From NCBI GenBank assembly GCA_045535075.1, contig JAZSKX010000015.1, positions 32,001 through 96,000 on the forward strand: a DNA stretch of 64,000 nt, in the 5' to 3' direction. The DNA is from Candidatus Spyradenecus sp. (GTDB taxonomy: Bacteria > Verrucomicrobiota > Verrucomicrobiia > Opitutales > UBA953). This document shows positions 1-9,830 of this stretch, one piece after another. Every line of letters starts with the position of its first letter. Positions within the stretch are counted from its first letter, which is position 1. Below the pieces are notes generated by a model. That model was given only the letters and a program-made list of their open reading frames with translations. It ran no database searches and was not told the origin of the DNA. Made by a program: the position numbers and the translations under genes.

Positions 1-359
1 TTACGCCGGAACGTTTCTTTGAAGAACATTTCGTGACGAATTTTTGCCCCTTGCTTTTTACGGCTGATAATCCCCGAGGGAAAAATCTTACGCCGGAGGA
101 TCTTGTTCCCGCCGAACGCAACGCGGTGCTTGCACCTTGTGATGCGTTTTTGCGAAAGCTGACGGAGTTGCTCGAACCCGAGTGGTTGGTCGGTGTGGGC
201 GCGTTTGCGCAAAAAGCCGCGATGCGTGCCTGCGACGGGCTTCCCGTGAAATATTCAACGGTGATTCACCCTTCGCCTGCTTCTCCGCTTGCCAATAAAG
301 GTTGGGCGGAAAATGCTTCGGGCGCACTTGTTCGCAACGGCATTTGGCAGGCGGACTAA
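1..359 (+). CDS. SMUG1-like uracil-DNA glycosylase, 3' part (5' end off window)
   Basis: Motifs NFCPLLF..GKNLTP, LVGVGAFA and IHPSPASP..NKGW resemble the SMUG1 family; frame is open to the left edge. Confidence 0.75.
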   Translation, partial: TPERFFEEHFVTNFCPLLFTADNPRGKNLTPEDLVPAERNAVLAPCDAFLRKLTELLEPEWLVGVGAFAQKAAMRACDGLPVKYSTVIHPSPASPLANKGWAENASGALVRNGIWQAD

Positions 360-386
360 TTCAGTTTTCTATTTTTCTGTATCGTT

Positions 387-2420
387 ATGAGTTACGCTAT
401 TTCACGTTTTAATACGATTCGCCGCAAAACGCGCGAAGTCCTCGTCGGAGGCACGGTCGGCATCGGAGGAAAGAATCCGATTCGTATCCAATCCATGACT
501 ACATCGAATACGCTTGATGTCGCGGGAACGGTTGCGCAGTGCATCCGCCTTGCGGAAGCCGGAAGCGAATTGATTCGTATTACGGCTCCGAGTGTTCCCG
601 CAGCTCAGGCTCTTAAGTCAATCAGCGAACAATTTCGTGCCGCAGGGTTCTCTCAGCCGCTTGTCGCTGACATCCACTTCCTTCCGGCTGCGGCGATGGA
701 GGCGATAGAGCACGTCGAAAAAGTGCGCATCAATCCGGGAAATTATGCGGACAAACGCTCTGCGGGAACGCGCGATTATTCCGATAAGGAATATGCCGAA
801 GAACTCGAACGCATTCACGATGCCGTTGCGCCGCTGATTCGCCGGGCAAAGGAACTCGGGCGTACGTTGCGCATCGGAACAAATCACGGCTCGTTGTCCG
901 AACGGACGATGCGGCGTTTTGGGGATACGCCGGCGGGAATGGTGGAAGCGGCGCTTGAGTTTGTCCGCATTTGTGAAGCGGAAAATTTCCGCGACATCGT
1001 GCTTTCGATGAAGTCTTCCAATCCGAAAGTTATGATTGAAGCATACCGCCTCGCCGTGGAGAAAATGAATGCCGAGCGCATGGATTATCCGATTCATCTC
1101 GGCGTGACGGAAGCCGGCGAAGGCGAAGACGCACGCATTAAATCGACAATCGGAATCGGGTCTTTGTTGGTGGACGGAATCGGTGATACGATCCGTGTTT
1201 CCCTGACGGAAGATCCCTGGCACGAGCTTCCCGTTTGCCGAGAAATTCTTTCCCGCATTCGTCCGGAAAAAATTTCGGGAAGTGTTTCCGCGAGCCCGGT
1301 TTCCGACCGAAGCGTCGATCCGCTCGAATACCATCGTCGTGAAATTGTGTCAGTAAAATTTAATGACAAATGCTCTGTTTCCGCGGGAACGCCGCCGCGG
1401 GTTTTTACGTTTGCGGATGTCGAAAAACCGCTCCCGCAAATTATTGCCGATGTGCGTGCCGCAAATTTGAAGTCGATGCCGATTGAGGGGCTTGTCCTTC
1501 CCGTTGCGACGAAATCGGACCTCGCGGCGGCCTGTGAATTGCAATGCGCGTTGGAAGATGAAATCCCAGCGTTCGTTTTCGATCCCGTGAAAGACAGCAC
1601 TCCGGAACTTTTCGAAAATTTCTGTCCTTCCCGAAAGTCCGCGTCATATATTCAGCGGCGCTTCAATCCGGCAAACGCGGAGATTATTCCCGAGTGGGTT
1701 AATATCTGCCGCCGGAAGGAAGTCGGGCTAGTCGTTGATTCCACGGCGGCGGCGCGTTCGGCGGTTTTGCCGGCGTTGCGCGATTTCCCTCAGGAAAAAC
1801 TCATTTTTACCACGAGCCGGAAAACTCCCGGCGTCCACATGGTGGGCGGTTATCGCCAGCTTGCGCAAGCACTCGCTAACGTCGGAATTCATTCCCCGAT
1901 TTGGATTCGGGCAAGCGCGAAAAACACCGTCTTGCCGTTCCCGAAAATCCCGACGGCTTCTCCCGACGAAGCGCCGACTCTGGAAGCCGCCTTGCTTGCC
2001 GGTCCGCTTCTTTGCGACGGCATCGGCGATATTATTTCCGTTGAAACCGCGGGAACGCTTTCCAAAAACCTGCAACTTGCTTACGGAATTCTCCAAGGCG
2101 CGCGCACGCGCCAGACGCGTACTGAATACATCGCGTGTCCGAGTTGCGGAAGAACGCTTTACAATATTCAGGAAACCGTTCGCGAAATCAAAGCGCGTAC
2201 ATCACATCTTGACGGTGTAACGATCGGGATTATGGGTTGCATCGTAAACGGCCCGGGCGAAATGGCGGATGCCGATTTCGGTTATGTCGGCGGGGCTCCG
2301 GGGAAAATTAATCTTTATGTTCGCAAGGAATGTGTCGCGACCGGAATCCCGCAGGCAGAAGCCGTTGAGCGCCTTATTGCTTTGATTAAAGAACACGGGC
2401 GTTGGAAAGATCCGGACTGA
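387..2420 (+). CDS. ispG: 4-hydroxy-3-methylbut-2-en-1-yl diphosphate synthase (long form with insertion domain)
   Basis: IRIQSMTT, VADIHF, RINPGN, RIGTNHGSLS, HLGVTEAG, GIGDTIRVSLT, CPSCGRT and MGCIVNGPGEM motifs. Confidence 0.97.
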   Translation: MSYAISRFNTIRRKTREVLVGGTVGIGGKNPIRIQSMTTSNTLDVAGTVAQCIRLAEAGSELIRITAPSVPAAQALKSISEQFRAAGFSQPLVADIHFLPAAAMEAIEHVEKVRINPGNYADKRSAGTRDYSDKEYAEELERIHDAVAPLIRRAKELGRTLRIGTNHGSLSERTMRRFGDTPAGMVEAALEFVRICEAENFRDIVLSMKSSNPKVMIEAYRLAVEKMNAERMDYPIHLGVTEAGEGEDARIKSTIGIGSLLVDGIGDTIRVSLTEDPWHELPVCREILSRIRPEKISGSVSASPVSDRSVDPLEYHRREIVSVKFNDKCSVSAGTPPRVFTFADVEKPLPQIIADVRAANLKSMPIEGLVLPVATKSDLAAACELQCALEDEIPAFVFDPVKDSTPELFENFCPSRKSASYIQRRFNPANAEIIPEWVNICRRKEVGLVVDSTAAARSAVLPALRDFPQEKLIFTTSRKTPGVHMVGGYRQLAQALANVGIHSPIWIRASAKNTVLPFPKIPTASPDEAPTLEAALLAGPLLCDGIGDIISVETAGTLSKNLQLAYGILQGARTRQTRTEYIACPSCGRTLYNIQETVREIKARTSHLDGVTIGIMGCIVNGPGEMADADFGYVGGAPGKINLYVRKECVATGIPQAEAVERLIALIKEHGRWKDPD

Positions 2421-2427
2421 TTTGACG

Positions 2428-2459
2428 AAATCCTCCGAGAAAATTCGGAGGATTTTTTT
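2428..2459 (+). terminator. Rho-independent terminator after ispG
   Basis: AAATCCTCCGA-gaaaat-TCGGAGGATTT followed by a T run. Confidence 0.85.
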
Positions 2460-2626
2460 GCGTTCCCGCAAAATGTTTCCGCCGGAAAAATCTTCGTTAG
2501 ATAGCTTTTTCTCGCAATTCCCGCGTTCTTTTAGGAAACGCTCTTGCCTTTGTCAAAAAACAGATTTTAATTCGTCAACGTAGCCGCGAAAGCGCGGAGC
2601 TACGAACAAGTCTTTACAAAAACCAC

Positions 2627-5600
2627 ATGGCAAAAAAAACACCCGTTAAATCCGGCGCAAAATCGACCAAGTTCGTTTATGAATTCGGTAAAAAAACCGA
2701 CGGCGCCGCGACGATGAAAAACCTTCTTGGCGGCAAAGGCGCCAATCTCGCCGAAATGGCTCGCATCGGTCTTCCCGTGCCGCCCGGCTTTACGATCAGC
2801 ACTGAAGTCTGCACGTATTATTATAATAATAACAAGACTTATCCGGTTACTTTGATGGAGGATGTGCGCAAGGCCGTCGCCAACATCGAAAAGCAACTCG
2901 GCAAAAAATTCGGCGACTCGGAAGGATTTCCGTTGCTCGTTGCCGTGCGTTCCGGAGCCCGCGAATCGATGCCGGGCATGATGGATACGATTTTGAACTT
3001 GGGGCTTAACGATGCGACTGTCGAAGCGCTTGCCCGCGTGACGCAGAATGAGCGTTTTGCTTGGGATTGCTATCGCCGATTCGTTCAGATGTACGGCGAC
3101 GTTGTTCTCGGTGTGCAAAAACTTCCGGGCGAAGATCACGAGCCGTTTGAAGTTGTCATTGAATCCGTCAAAGCGGATATGCTCGGCAATCCGGCGGCAA
3201 GCGATACGGAGTTGAATGCGCCGGAACTGCGGGAACTCGTTGTCCGCTTCAAAAAATTGATTAAAGACCGTACGGGATCGGAGTTTCCGAGCGATCCGTG
3301 GGTGCAACTCGAAGGCGCAATCGGCGCTGTCTTCGGGTCTTGGATGAACGATCGCGCGATTGTTTATCGCCAGAAATACCACATTCCGTCGGATTGGGGA
3401 ACGGCTGTCAACGTGCAGTCGATGGTTTTCGGGAACACGGGTGAAAAATCCGGTTCCGGAGTCGCTTTTACGCGCGACCCGGCGAGCGGCGAGAAAGTTT
3501 TCTACGGTGAATTTTTGATGAACGCGCAGGGCGAAGATGTCGTTGCGGGCGTCCGCACGCCGGCTCCCGTCGCAGCGCTCAAAAAAGTTATGCCGCCTGC
3601 ACACGCTCAATTGCTCTCGATTTGCAAAACTTTGGAAAATCACTTCCGCGATATGCAGGACTTCGAGTTTACAATCGAAGATTCCAAGGTTTTCATGCTT
3701 CAAACGCGTAACGGCAAGCGCACCGGTCTTGCGGCAATCCGTATTGCCTGCGAAATGGAACAGGAAGGACTTATCGATTGGAAGACGGCGGTTCGCCGCG
3801 TTCCCGCCGATCAGCTTGACCAAGCGCTCGCTCCGATTTTTGACCGCGTTGCGCTAAAAGACGCTAAGCAAATCGCGAAAGGGCTGCCCGCCGGTCCGGG
3901 GGCGGCTTCCGGACGCATTTACTTCAATGCGGAACGCGCGGAAGCGGCTGCGAAGGAAGGACAAAAAGTACTCCTTGTCCGCCTCGAAACCTCGCCGGAA
4001 GATTTGCGCGGAATGATTGCCGCAGAAGGCATTCTCACGGCGCGTGGCGGCGTTTCTTCGCACGCGGCGCTCGTTGCTCGCCAAATGGGGAAGGTATGCG
4101 TCTGCGGCGCTTCGGGAATCTCGATCGACTACGCGAAAAAAACGCTCTACGCGGGAACGCTCAAAGTCGAAGAAGGCGAATTTCTTTCCATCGACGGAAC
4201 GACGGGAACGGTTTACGAAGGACAGATTCCGACGGCTCCGTCCGATATCGTTCTCGGGCTCGTGAAAAAAGACGCAACGGCGCGCCGTTCCAAAGCGTTT
4301 AAGAATTTTGCTAAGCTCATGGATTGGTGCTCGCAGGTTACGCGCCTCGGCGTGCGTACGAACGCGGACGCGCCCGAGCAGGCGGAAGTCGCCGTCGCTT
4401 TCGGTGCGCAAGGTATCGGGCTGACGCGTACGGAACACATGTTCTTTGAAGGTAATCGGATTGATGCCGTTCGCGAAATGATTTTGGCGACGGATCTTGA
4501 AGGTCGTCGCACGGCAGTGAATAAATTGCTCCCGTATCAGCGCGGCGATTTCCTCGGAATCTTCAAAACGCTCAAAGGGCTTCCCGCAACGATTCGCTTG
4601 CTCGACCCGCCGCTACACGAATTCCTTCCGCATACCAAGGAACAGCAACTCGACCTCGCGAAGAAGCTCAACGTCTCCGTCGAGCAGGTGCAGCGTCGTG
4701 TTGCCGAACTTCACGAATTCAATCCGATGCTCGGACATCGTGGTTGCCGCCTCGGAATTTCTTATCCGGAAATTACCGAAATGCAGGCACGCGCCATTTT
4801 TGAAGCGGCGGCGGAAGTCATCAAAATGCGCATTCCCGTCAATCCGGAAGTGATGATTCCGCTTGTCGGCTTTGCGGCTGAATTTAAGAACCAAGCTGCA
4901 GTCATTCGCCGCGTTGCCGCGGAAGTGATGGCAGAGAAAAAGGTAACGATTAATTACAAAGTCGGAACGATGATTGAAATTCCGCGAGCCTGTGCGACAG
5001 CGGATCAAATTGCCGAAGAAGCGGAATTCTTCTCGTTCGGGACAAATGACCTTACCCAAACCACGCTCGGAATGAGCCGCGATGACTCCGGTTCGTTCCT
5101 TGGCGATTACATCAATCGTGAAATCCTGAAGGCGAATCCGTTTGCCTCGGTCGATCGCGAAGGCGTCGGCGCAATGATGCGTCTTGGCGTCAATCTCGGT
5201 CGCCAGACGCGTCCGGACATCAAGCTCGGCATTTGCGGCGAACACGGCGGCGATCCCGCGTCCGTTAAGTTCTGCCACAGCCTTGGTTTGACCTACGTCA
5301 GCTGTTCTCCGTATCGCGTCCCGACGGCGCGCTTGGCGGCGGCTCAGGCGGCGATTGAAGAGTCCGCTGCTTTAACCTCCCAAAACATGGCTACCAAAAC
5401 CACCAAAAAAGCAGCCCCGGCGAAGAAACCGGCGGCGAAGAAAGCTCCGGCCGCTAAGGCCGCTCCGAAGAAACCGGTTGCAAAGAAAGCCGCTCCTGCG
5501 AAGAAGGCGGCAGCCCCCAAACCGGCCGCTAAGAAACCGGCAGCGAAAGCTCCGGCGAAAAAGCCCGCTCCCGCCCAAAAACCGGCAGCCAAAGCCGCTC

Positions 5601-5779
5601 CGGCTAAGAAAACCGTAGCGAAGAAAGCTGCGGCTCCGGCGAAAAAGGCTGCTCCGGCAAAGAAGCCGGCGGCGAAAAAAGCGGTTGCCAAAGCCGCTCC
5701 CGCGAAGAAGGCGGTTGCAACGAAGGCTGCTCCGGCGAAAAAGCCCTGCGCGAAGCGTTGCGGCTGCAAGAAGAAATAG
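2627..5779 (+). CDS. ppdK: Pyruvate phosphate dikinase with in-frame C-terminal Lys/Ala/Pro-rich histone-like extension
   Basis: [39 protein letters not shown] (phospho-His), [10 protein letters not shown] and VSCSPYRVP motifs; the frame continues about 140 aa past the usual PPDK end. Confidence 0.95.
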   Translation: MAKKTPVKSGAKSTKFVYEFGKKTDGAATMKNLLGGKGANLAEMARIGLPVPPGFTISTEVCTYYYNNNKTYPVTLMEDVRKAVANIEKQLGKKFGDSEGFPLLVAVRSGARESMPGMMDTILNLGLNDATVEALARVTQNERFAWDCYRRFVQMYGDVVLGVQKLPGEDHEPFEVVIESVKADMLGNPAASDTELNAPELRELVVRFKKLIKDRTGSEFPSDPWVQLEGAIGAVFGSWMNDRAIVYRQKYHIPSDWGTAVNVQSMVFGNTGEKSGSGVAFTRDPASGEKVFYGEFLMNAQGEDVVAGVRTPAPVAALKKVMPPAHAQLLSICKTLENHFRDMQDFEFTIEDSKVFMLQTRNGKRTGLAAIRIACEMEQEGLIDWKTAVRRVPADQLDQALAPIFDRVALKDAKQIAKGLPAGPGAASGRIYFNAERAEAAAKEGQKVLLVRLETSPEDLRGMIAAEGILTARGGVSSHAALVARQMGKVCVCGASGISIDYAKKTLYAGTLKVEEGEFLSIDGTTGTVYEGQIPTAPSDIVLGLVKKDATARRSKAFKNFAKLMDWCSQVTRLGVRTNADAPEQAEVAVAFGAQGIGLTRTEHMFFEGNRIDAVREMILATDLEGRRTAVNKLLPYQRGDFLGIFKTLKGLPATIRLLDPPLHEFLPHTKEQQLDLAKKLNVSVEQVQRRVAELHEFNPMLGHRGCRLGISYPEITEMQARAIFEAAAEVIKMRIPVNPEVMIPLVGFAAEFKNQAAVIRRVAAEVMAEKKVTINYKVGTMIEIPRACATADQIAEEAEFFSFGTNDLTQTTLGMSRDDSGSFLGDYINREILKANPFASVDREGVGAMMRLGVNLGRQTRPDIKLGICGEHGGDPASVKFCHSLGLTYVSCSPYRVPTARLAAAQAAIEESAALTSQNMATKTTKKAAPAKKPAAKKAPAAKAAPKKPVAKKAAPAKKAAAPKPAAKKPAAKAPAKKPAPAQKPAAKAAPAKKTVAKKAAAPAKKAAPAKKPAAKKAVAKAAPAKKAVATKAAPAKKPCAKRCGCKKK
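5387..5779 (+). CDS. Histone H1-like / Hc2-AlgP-like basic protein (130 aa), possibly with its own in-frame start
   Basis: ATG at 5387 preceded by TTTAACCTCCCAAAAC; repeats of [13 protein letters not shown]-terminus [13 protein letters not shown]. Confidence 0.7.
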   Translation: MATKTTKKAAPAKKPAAKKAPAAKAAPKKPVAKKAAPAKKAAAPKPAAKKPAAKAPAKKPAPAQKPAAKAAPAKKTVAKKAAAPAKKAAPAKKPAAKKAVAKAAPAKKAVATKAAPAKKPCAKRCGCKKK

Positions 5780-5804
5780 AACTTCTTCTCTAACCTAAAA
5801 CAGA

Positions 5805-5852
5805 AAACGTTCCCGTGAAAATCGGCACTTGCCGCACGGGAACGCTTTTTTT
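5805..5852 (+). terminator. Terminator built from an inverted pair of the dispersed motif
   Basis: CGTTCCCGTG ... CACGGGAACG followed by CTTTTTTT. Confidence 0.8.
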
Positions 5853-5996
5853 GCAGAGATGAGCATTTTTGCCTGTCTCGAAAGAAATATGACGGCAACC
5901 GGGACAGACGAAAGTGTCTGTCCTGTGTTTTAACTTTTGAAAATCTTATTTTGCTTTTGGCTTTGGCGGATAAAAAAATTATGCTTTCCCGCCAGT

Positions 5997-7514
5997 ATGT
6001 TTCTGAATCTTTTTGCACAAATAGTTGAAACGACGGAGCAGGCGGCTTCCGGTTTGTCGAGCGGTGTTCCGCTTTGGGCTTGGATTGCATTCGGAGTCTT
6101 TATTGTCGGAATGCTTGCGCTTGATTTAGGCGTTTTTCATCGGAGCGACAAGGCGGTCCCGTTTAAGGAAGCGGTGCTTTGGAGCGTGATCTGGGTCGGC
6201 TTGGCGGCGCTTGCTTGCGGTGCTATCGGTTTGTGGCACGGGAGCTCGGTCGCCGAACTTTTTGCCGCCGGCTATTTGCTCGAGTTGTCGCTCAGCGTGG
6301 ACAATCTTTTTGTTTTTCTGCTGATTTTTTCGTTTTTTAAAGTTCCGGACAAATACATGCACCGTGTGCTGTTTTGGGGCATCCTCGGTGCGGTTTTCTT
6401 CCGTGCGCTGTTTATTTTCGGTGGTGTTGCGCTCGTTGAGAAATTCTCGTGGCTGATGTATGTGTTCGGCGCGTTCCTGATTTATACCGGGATCAAAATG
6501 TTTTTCCCGGAAAAAAAGGATGCGGATCTCTCGAACAATTTTATTGTCAAGCTTGCCGCAAGAACCGGACGCTTTTCGAAGGAATTGCACGGACATTCCT
6601 TTTTCTTTCTTAAGGACGGATTGATTTATGCGACACCGCTTTTTTTGGTGTTAATCGTTATTGAGCTTTCGGACGTTATGTTTGCCGTGGATAGCGTTCC
6701 CGCGATTCTCGGTGTAATCCCGAAGGAAACGGATACGGAAATGAAAATGTTCTTGGCGTTTACGTCGAATATTTTTGCCATTCTCGGGCTGCGTTCGTTT
6801 TTCTTCGCCTTGTCGGGCTTTATGAAAATGCTGCGTTTCCTGCGTTTCGGGTTGGGCGTGATTCTCGCTTTTATCGGCGTAAAGCTGACGCTCGCGGAAC
6901 TGGATTGGTGGCACCCGAGTACGCAGGTTTCTTTGCTTGTTTTGCTGAGTGTTTTGGTCGTTTCGGTTTTGCTTTCCGTTTTTATTCCGCCGAAAGGCGA
7001 GAAGACGGCCGACGAGCCGGATCTCTCGGATGAATCCTTGCCCGAAAATCGCGGTGAAGAACCGACGGCGGAAAACGAGAACGCTCCGTGGATCGGCGTT
7101 GACTTGGACGGCACATTGGCGCGGTACGACGGGTGGCGCGGTTTTGATAAAATCGGCAAGCCCGTTCCCGTCATGCTGGCTCGCGTGAAGCATTGGATTA
7201 AAAACGGCTATACCGTGAAAATTTTCACGGCACGGGCGGCGTTCCCGCAACAAGGTATCCCGCCGGTGAAGAAGTGGCTTGCGGAAAACGGATTGCCGGA
7301 ACTCGAAGTTACGAATCGGAAGGATTTTTCGATGATTGAACTTTGGGACGATCGCGCAATTCAGGTGGTCGCCAATTCCGGAAAACCTTTCCTTTCGCAA
7401 TATTCCGCCGGTCGCCCGAAAGCACCGATTCTTCCTGACGAAAATGCCGGGGAGACCTTTTATCTGATGAGACCGTGCGGTAAGCCGGAAACGGCAGATG
7501 AAAATAATGCTTGA
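5997..7514 (+). CDS. TerC/Alx family membrane protein fused to a C-terminal HAD-like domain
   Basis: ELSLSVDNLFVF, HRVLFWGILGA, DVMFAVDSVPA and SNIFAILGLRS (TerC), an acidic linker, then WIGVDLDGTL...VKIFTAR...WDDRAI (HAD). Start taken at ATG 5997. Confidence 0.88.
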   Translation: MFLNLFAQIVETTEQAASGLSSGVPLWAWIAFGVFIVGMLALDLGVFHRSDKAVPFKEAVLWSVIWVGLAALACGAIGLWHGSSVAELFAAGYLLELSLSVDNLFVFLLIFSFFKVPDKYMHRVLFWGILGAVFFRALFIFGGVALVEKFSWLMYVFGAFLIYTGIKMFFPEKKDADLSNNFIVKLAARTGRFSKELHGHSFFFLKDGLIYATPLFLVLIVIELSDVMFAVDSVPAILGVIPKETDTEMKMFLAFTSNIFAILGLRSFFFALSGFMKMLRFLRFGLGVILAFIGVKLTLAELDWWHPSTQVSLLVLLSVLVVSVLLSVFIPPKGEKTADEPDLSDESLPENRGEEPTAENENAPWIGVDLDGTLARYDGWRGFDKIGKPVPVMLARVKHWIKNGYTVKIFTARAAFPQQGIPPVKKWLAENGLPELEVTNRKDFSMIELWDDRAIQVVANSGKPFLSQYSAGRPKAPILPDENAGETFYLMRPCGKPETADENNA

Positions 7515-7539
7515 CGACGCATCAATTTAAAGGCATATT
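7511..7539 (+). promoter_or_regulatory. Putative sigma70 promoter for the tRNA
   Basis: TTGACG-17 nt-CATATT ending 14 nt before the tRNA 5' end. Confidence 0.5.
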
Positions 7540-7553
7540 GGGGTTTCAATTTT

Positions 7554-7628
7554 GCCAGAGTAGCTCAGCGGTAGAGCACGGGACTCATAAGCCTATGGTC
7601 GGTGGTTCAAATCCACCCTTTGGCACCA
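7554..7628 (+). tRNA. tRNA with CAT anticodon (elongator Met or Ile2)
   Basis: Acceptor GCCAGAG/CTTTGGC, D arm GCTC/GAGC, loop CT-CAT-AA, T arm GGTGG-TTCAAAT-CCACC, encoded CCA. G1-C72 is paired, so not an initiator. Confidence 0.93.
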
Positions 7629-7636
7629 ATTTCGAA

Positions 7637-7674
7637 AAGAGAGCGTTTCTGCGGGAACGCTCTCTTGCTTTTTC
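7637..7674 (+). terminator. Terminator after the tRNA, containing the dispersed motif
   Basis: AAGAGAGCGTT...AACGCTCTCTT hairpin including GCGGGAACG, followed by a T-rich tract. Confidence 0.8.
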
Positions 7675-7769
7675 TTGATGGAACCAGAGTGATGAGGGTT
7701 GATTTTTTCCTTTACAAAAAAATGCCATGGTTTAACCTTAGACAAAATTTAACCCCTTTAATCTCATAA

Positions 7770-8051
7770 ATGAAGACCATGCGCAAAATCTCTCTTATTG
7801 CTTCGGCTCTCGCACTCGCTTTTGCATTCACGGGTTGCAATGCCTATGACACGGATTACCACGGAACTAATGTTAGCGCGGAAGCGTCTCACAATTTCAT
7901 GGGCATCGTGAAAACAAATCCGAATTCCTACCGATACGTGGATGATGCGTCCACTATTATCGTTGATACGGATGAATTGTGGTGCCGTCGCGATTTTAGC
8001 GGATCCGATACGTCGCTCTTCTGGGGACTTATCAATATTCGCGATTACTAG
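7770..8051 (+). CDS. Small hypothetical lipoprotein
   Basis: Signal peptide with lipobox FTGC; followed by its own terminator. Confidence 0.7.
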   Translation: MKTMRKISLIASALALAFAFTGCNAYDTDYHGTNVSAEASHNFMGIVKTNPNSYRYVDDASTIIVDTDELWCRRDFSGSDTSLFWGLINIRDY

Positions 8052-8073
8052 ACCGAAAATATTTTCTTACGCG

Positions 8074-8102
8074 AAAACCCTCGAGAGCTTCGAGGGTTTT
8101 TG
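8074..8102 (+). terminator. Rho-independent terminator
   Basis: AAAACCCTCGA-gagct-TCGAGGGTTTT. Confidence 0.85.
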
Positions 8103-8123
8103 TTTTGTTAAAAATCTTTCCCG

Positions 8124-9791
8124 ATGACAGTCCATTCTTCCAATGTTGCCCGATTTCTCCGCGAGTCTGCCGAACGCGTTCCCGCCGTGTGCGCGATTCG
8201 CCTTCCCGCAGGGCGTGAGTCCGACGGCTCTATTCGCTATCGAGAGCTGAATTTTGCGGAGCTGGATCGTCATACTGCCGCTGCTGCCGAAATCTTTCGT
8301 GCCAACGGAATTGTTGCGGGAACGCGTACCCTTTTGATGGCGCGCCCGGGCTGGGATCTGATTTTATGCGCCTTTGCGCTGTTTCGAATCGGAGCTGTTC
8401 CCGTCGCGATCGACCCCGGAATGGGCTTGCGTCATTTTCTGCGTTGCGTCGAAAACACGCGCCCGGAAGCTCTTGTCGGTATTCGGCTTGCGCATTGGAT
8501 CAGCCGTTTTTTCCGAAAATCGTTTGCCTCTGTGAAAACGAAAATCGTTGTCGGGAGCCGTAAATTCAATCGGATGATTTCGGAGCTCGCGACGTCTCCG
8601 GATCTTAGAAGCGAAATTGCCGTGTGCGGCGAGGAGGAGCTTGCGGCAATTCTTTTTACCAGCGGTTCGACGGGCGCTCCCAAAGGGGTTTGTTATACGC
8701 ACGGAATGTTTGACGCACAGCAACGCATTGTGCGTGATTTTTACAAAATTGAACCCGGAGAAATCGATTTGCCGCTGTTGCCGATTTTTGCACTTTTTAA
8801 TCCGGCGCTCGGAATGACGACGATTACGCCGGAGATGAATCCGTCAAAGCCGGCGACGCTCGACCCGGAAAAAGTCGTTCGCGCGATCCGCCAAAATCAG
8901 GTAACAAATAGCTTCGGTTCGCCGATTCTTTGGCGGAAAATTGCCGAATATTGCGAGGCTCGCGGCGAAACGCTTCCGAGCGTTCGCCGTATTCTTTGCG
9001 CGGGAACGGCGGTTCATCCTTCCGTCATGGCGCTTTTGAAAAAAGTGCTTCCGAATGCCGAAATTCATTCTCCTTACGGAGCGACCGAAAATTTGCCCGT
9101 CGCCGACGTTGATGCGGAAACCGTACTCGGAGAAACCGGCATTCTTACGGCGCAAGGATTCGGCACGTGCACGGGAACAGTTGTCCCCGGCAATCGCGTA
9201 CGCCTTGTTCCCGCGTCCGACGAAGCATTTCCCGATTTCGAAACGGCGGGAACGCCGCAGGAACGTTTTCGCGGTTTCTCCGTCGGAGAAATCTGCGTTT
9301 GCGGTCCGACGACGACGCGTGCCTACGATAACAATGTGCAGGCAACCGCGTTAGCAAAAATTGTTGATTCCGCAGACGGAACGCTTTGGCATCGCATGGG
9401 CGATCTCGGCTATCTCGACGGGCAGGGGCGGCTTTGGTTTCTCGGGCGCAAAGTCGAACGCGTCGAAACAAAACGGGGAACGCTTTACACCGAAGCTTGC
9501 GAACCGATTTTCAATACGCATCCCGACGTGTTTCGCTCGGCGCTTATCGGTTTGGGAGAACGCGGAAGCGCCGTTCCCGCAATCGTTGTCGAATTGCGTG
9601 CGGGAACGCCGAAGCGCCGCCACGCCGAAATTCTCGATGAGTTGCGGCGGCTTGCGCGGGAACACTCGGTCACGCAGCCGATTACGCAGTTTTTTATTTA
9701 TCCGAAAAAATTCCCGGTCGATGTTCGCCACAATGCAAAAATTCATCGACTCACGCTTCGAAAATTTTACGAAAAAACTTCGTCTCTCTAG
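8124..9791 (+). CDS. oleC: OleC-like AMP-forming ligase (olefin beta-lactone synthetase family)
   Basis: ILFTSGSTGAPKG, SPYGATE, WHRMGDLGYLD and the C-terminal FPVDVRHNAKI typical of OleC. Confidence 0.8.
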   Translation: MTVHSSNVARFLRESAERVPAVCAIRLPAGRESDGSIRYRELNFAELDRHTAAAAEIFRANGIVAGTRTLLMARPGWDLILCAFALFRIGAVPVAIDPGMGLRHFLRCVENTRPEALVGIRLAHWISRFFRKSFASVKTKIVVGSRKFNRMISELATSPDLRSEIAVCGEEELAAILFTSGSTGAPKGVCYTHGMFDAQQRIVRDFYKIEPGEIDLPLLPIFALFNPALGMTTITPEMNPSKPATLDPEKVVRAIRQNQVTNSFGSPILWRKIAEYCEARGETLPSVRRILCAGTAVHPSVMALLKKVLPNAEIHSPYGATENLPVADVDAETVLGETGILTAQGFGTCTGTVVPGNRVRLVPASDEAFPDFETAGTPQERFRGFSVGEICVCGPTTTRAYDNNVQATALAKIVDSADGTLWHRMGDLGYLDGQGRLWFLGRKVERVETKRGTLYTEACEPIFNTHPDVFRSALIGLGERGSAVPAIVVELRAGTPKRRHAEILDELRRLAREHSVTQPITQFFIYPKKFPVDVRHNAKIHRLTLRKFYEKTSSL

Positions 9792-9830
9792 ATTTTAAGC
9801 ATTAGGCTTCTCAACTTTATAAAAATATCA

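Noticed and set aside
5853..5996. yybP-ykoY riboswitch upstream of terC
   Set aside because: No recognisable GGGGAGUAG...GAGACC-type consensus; only two hairpins, reported separately.
5344..6090. Minus-strand ORF rich in AGFFAGAA
   Set aside because: Antisense shadow of the PAKK repeat.
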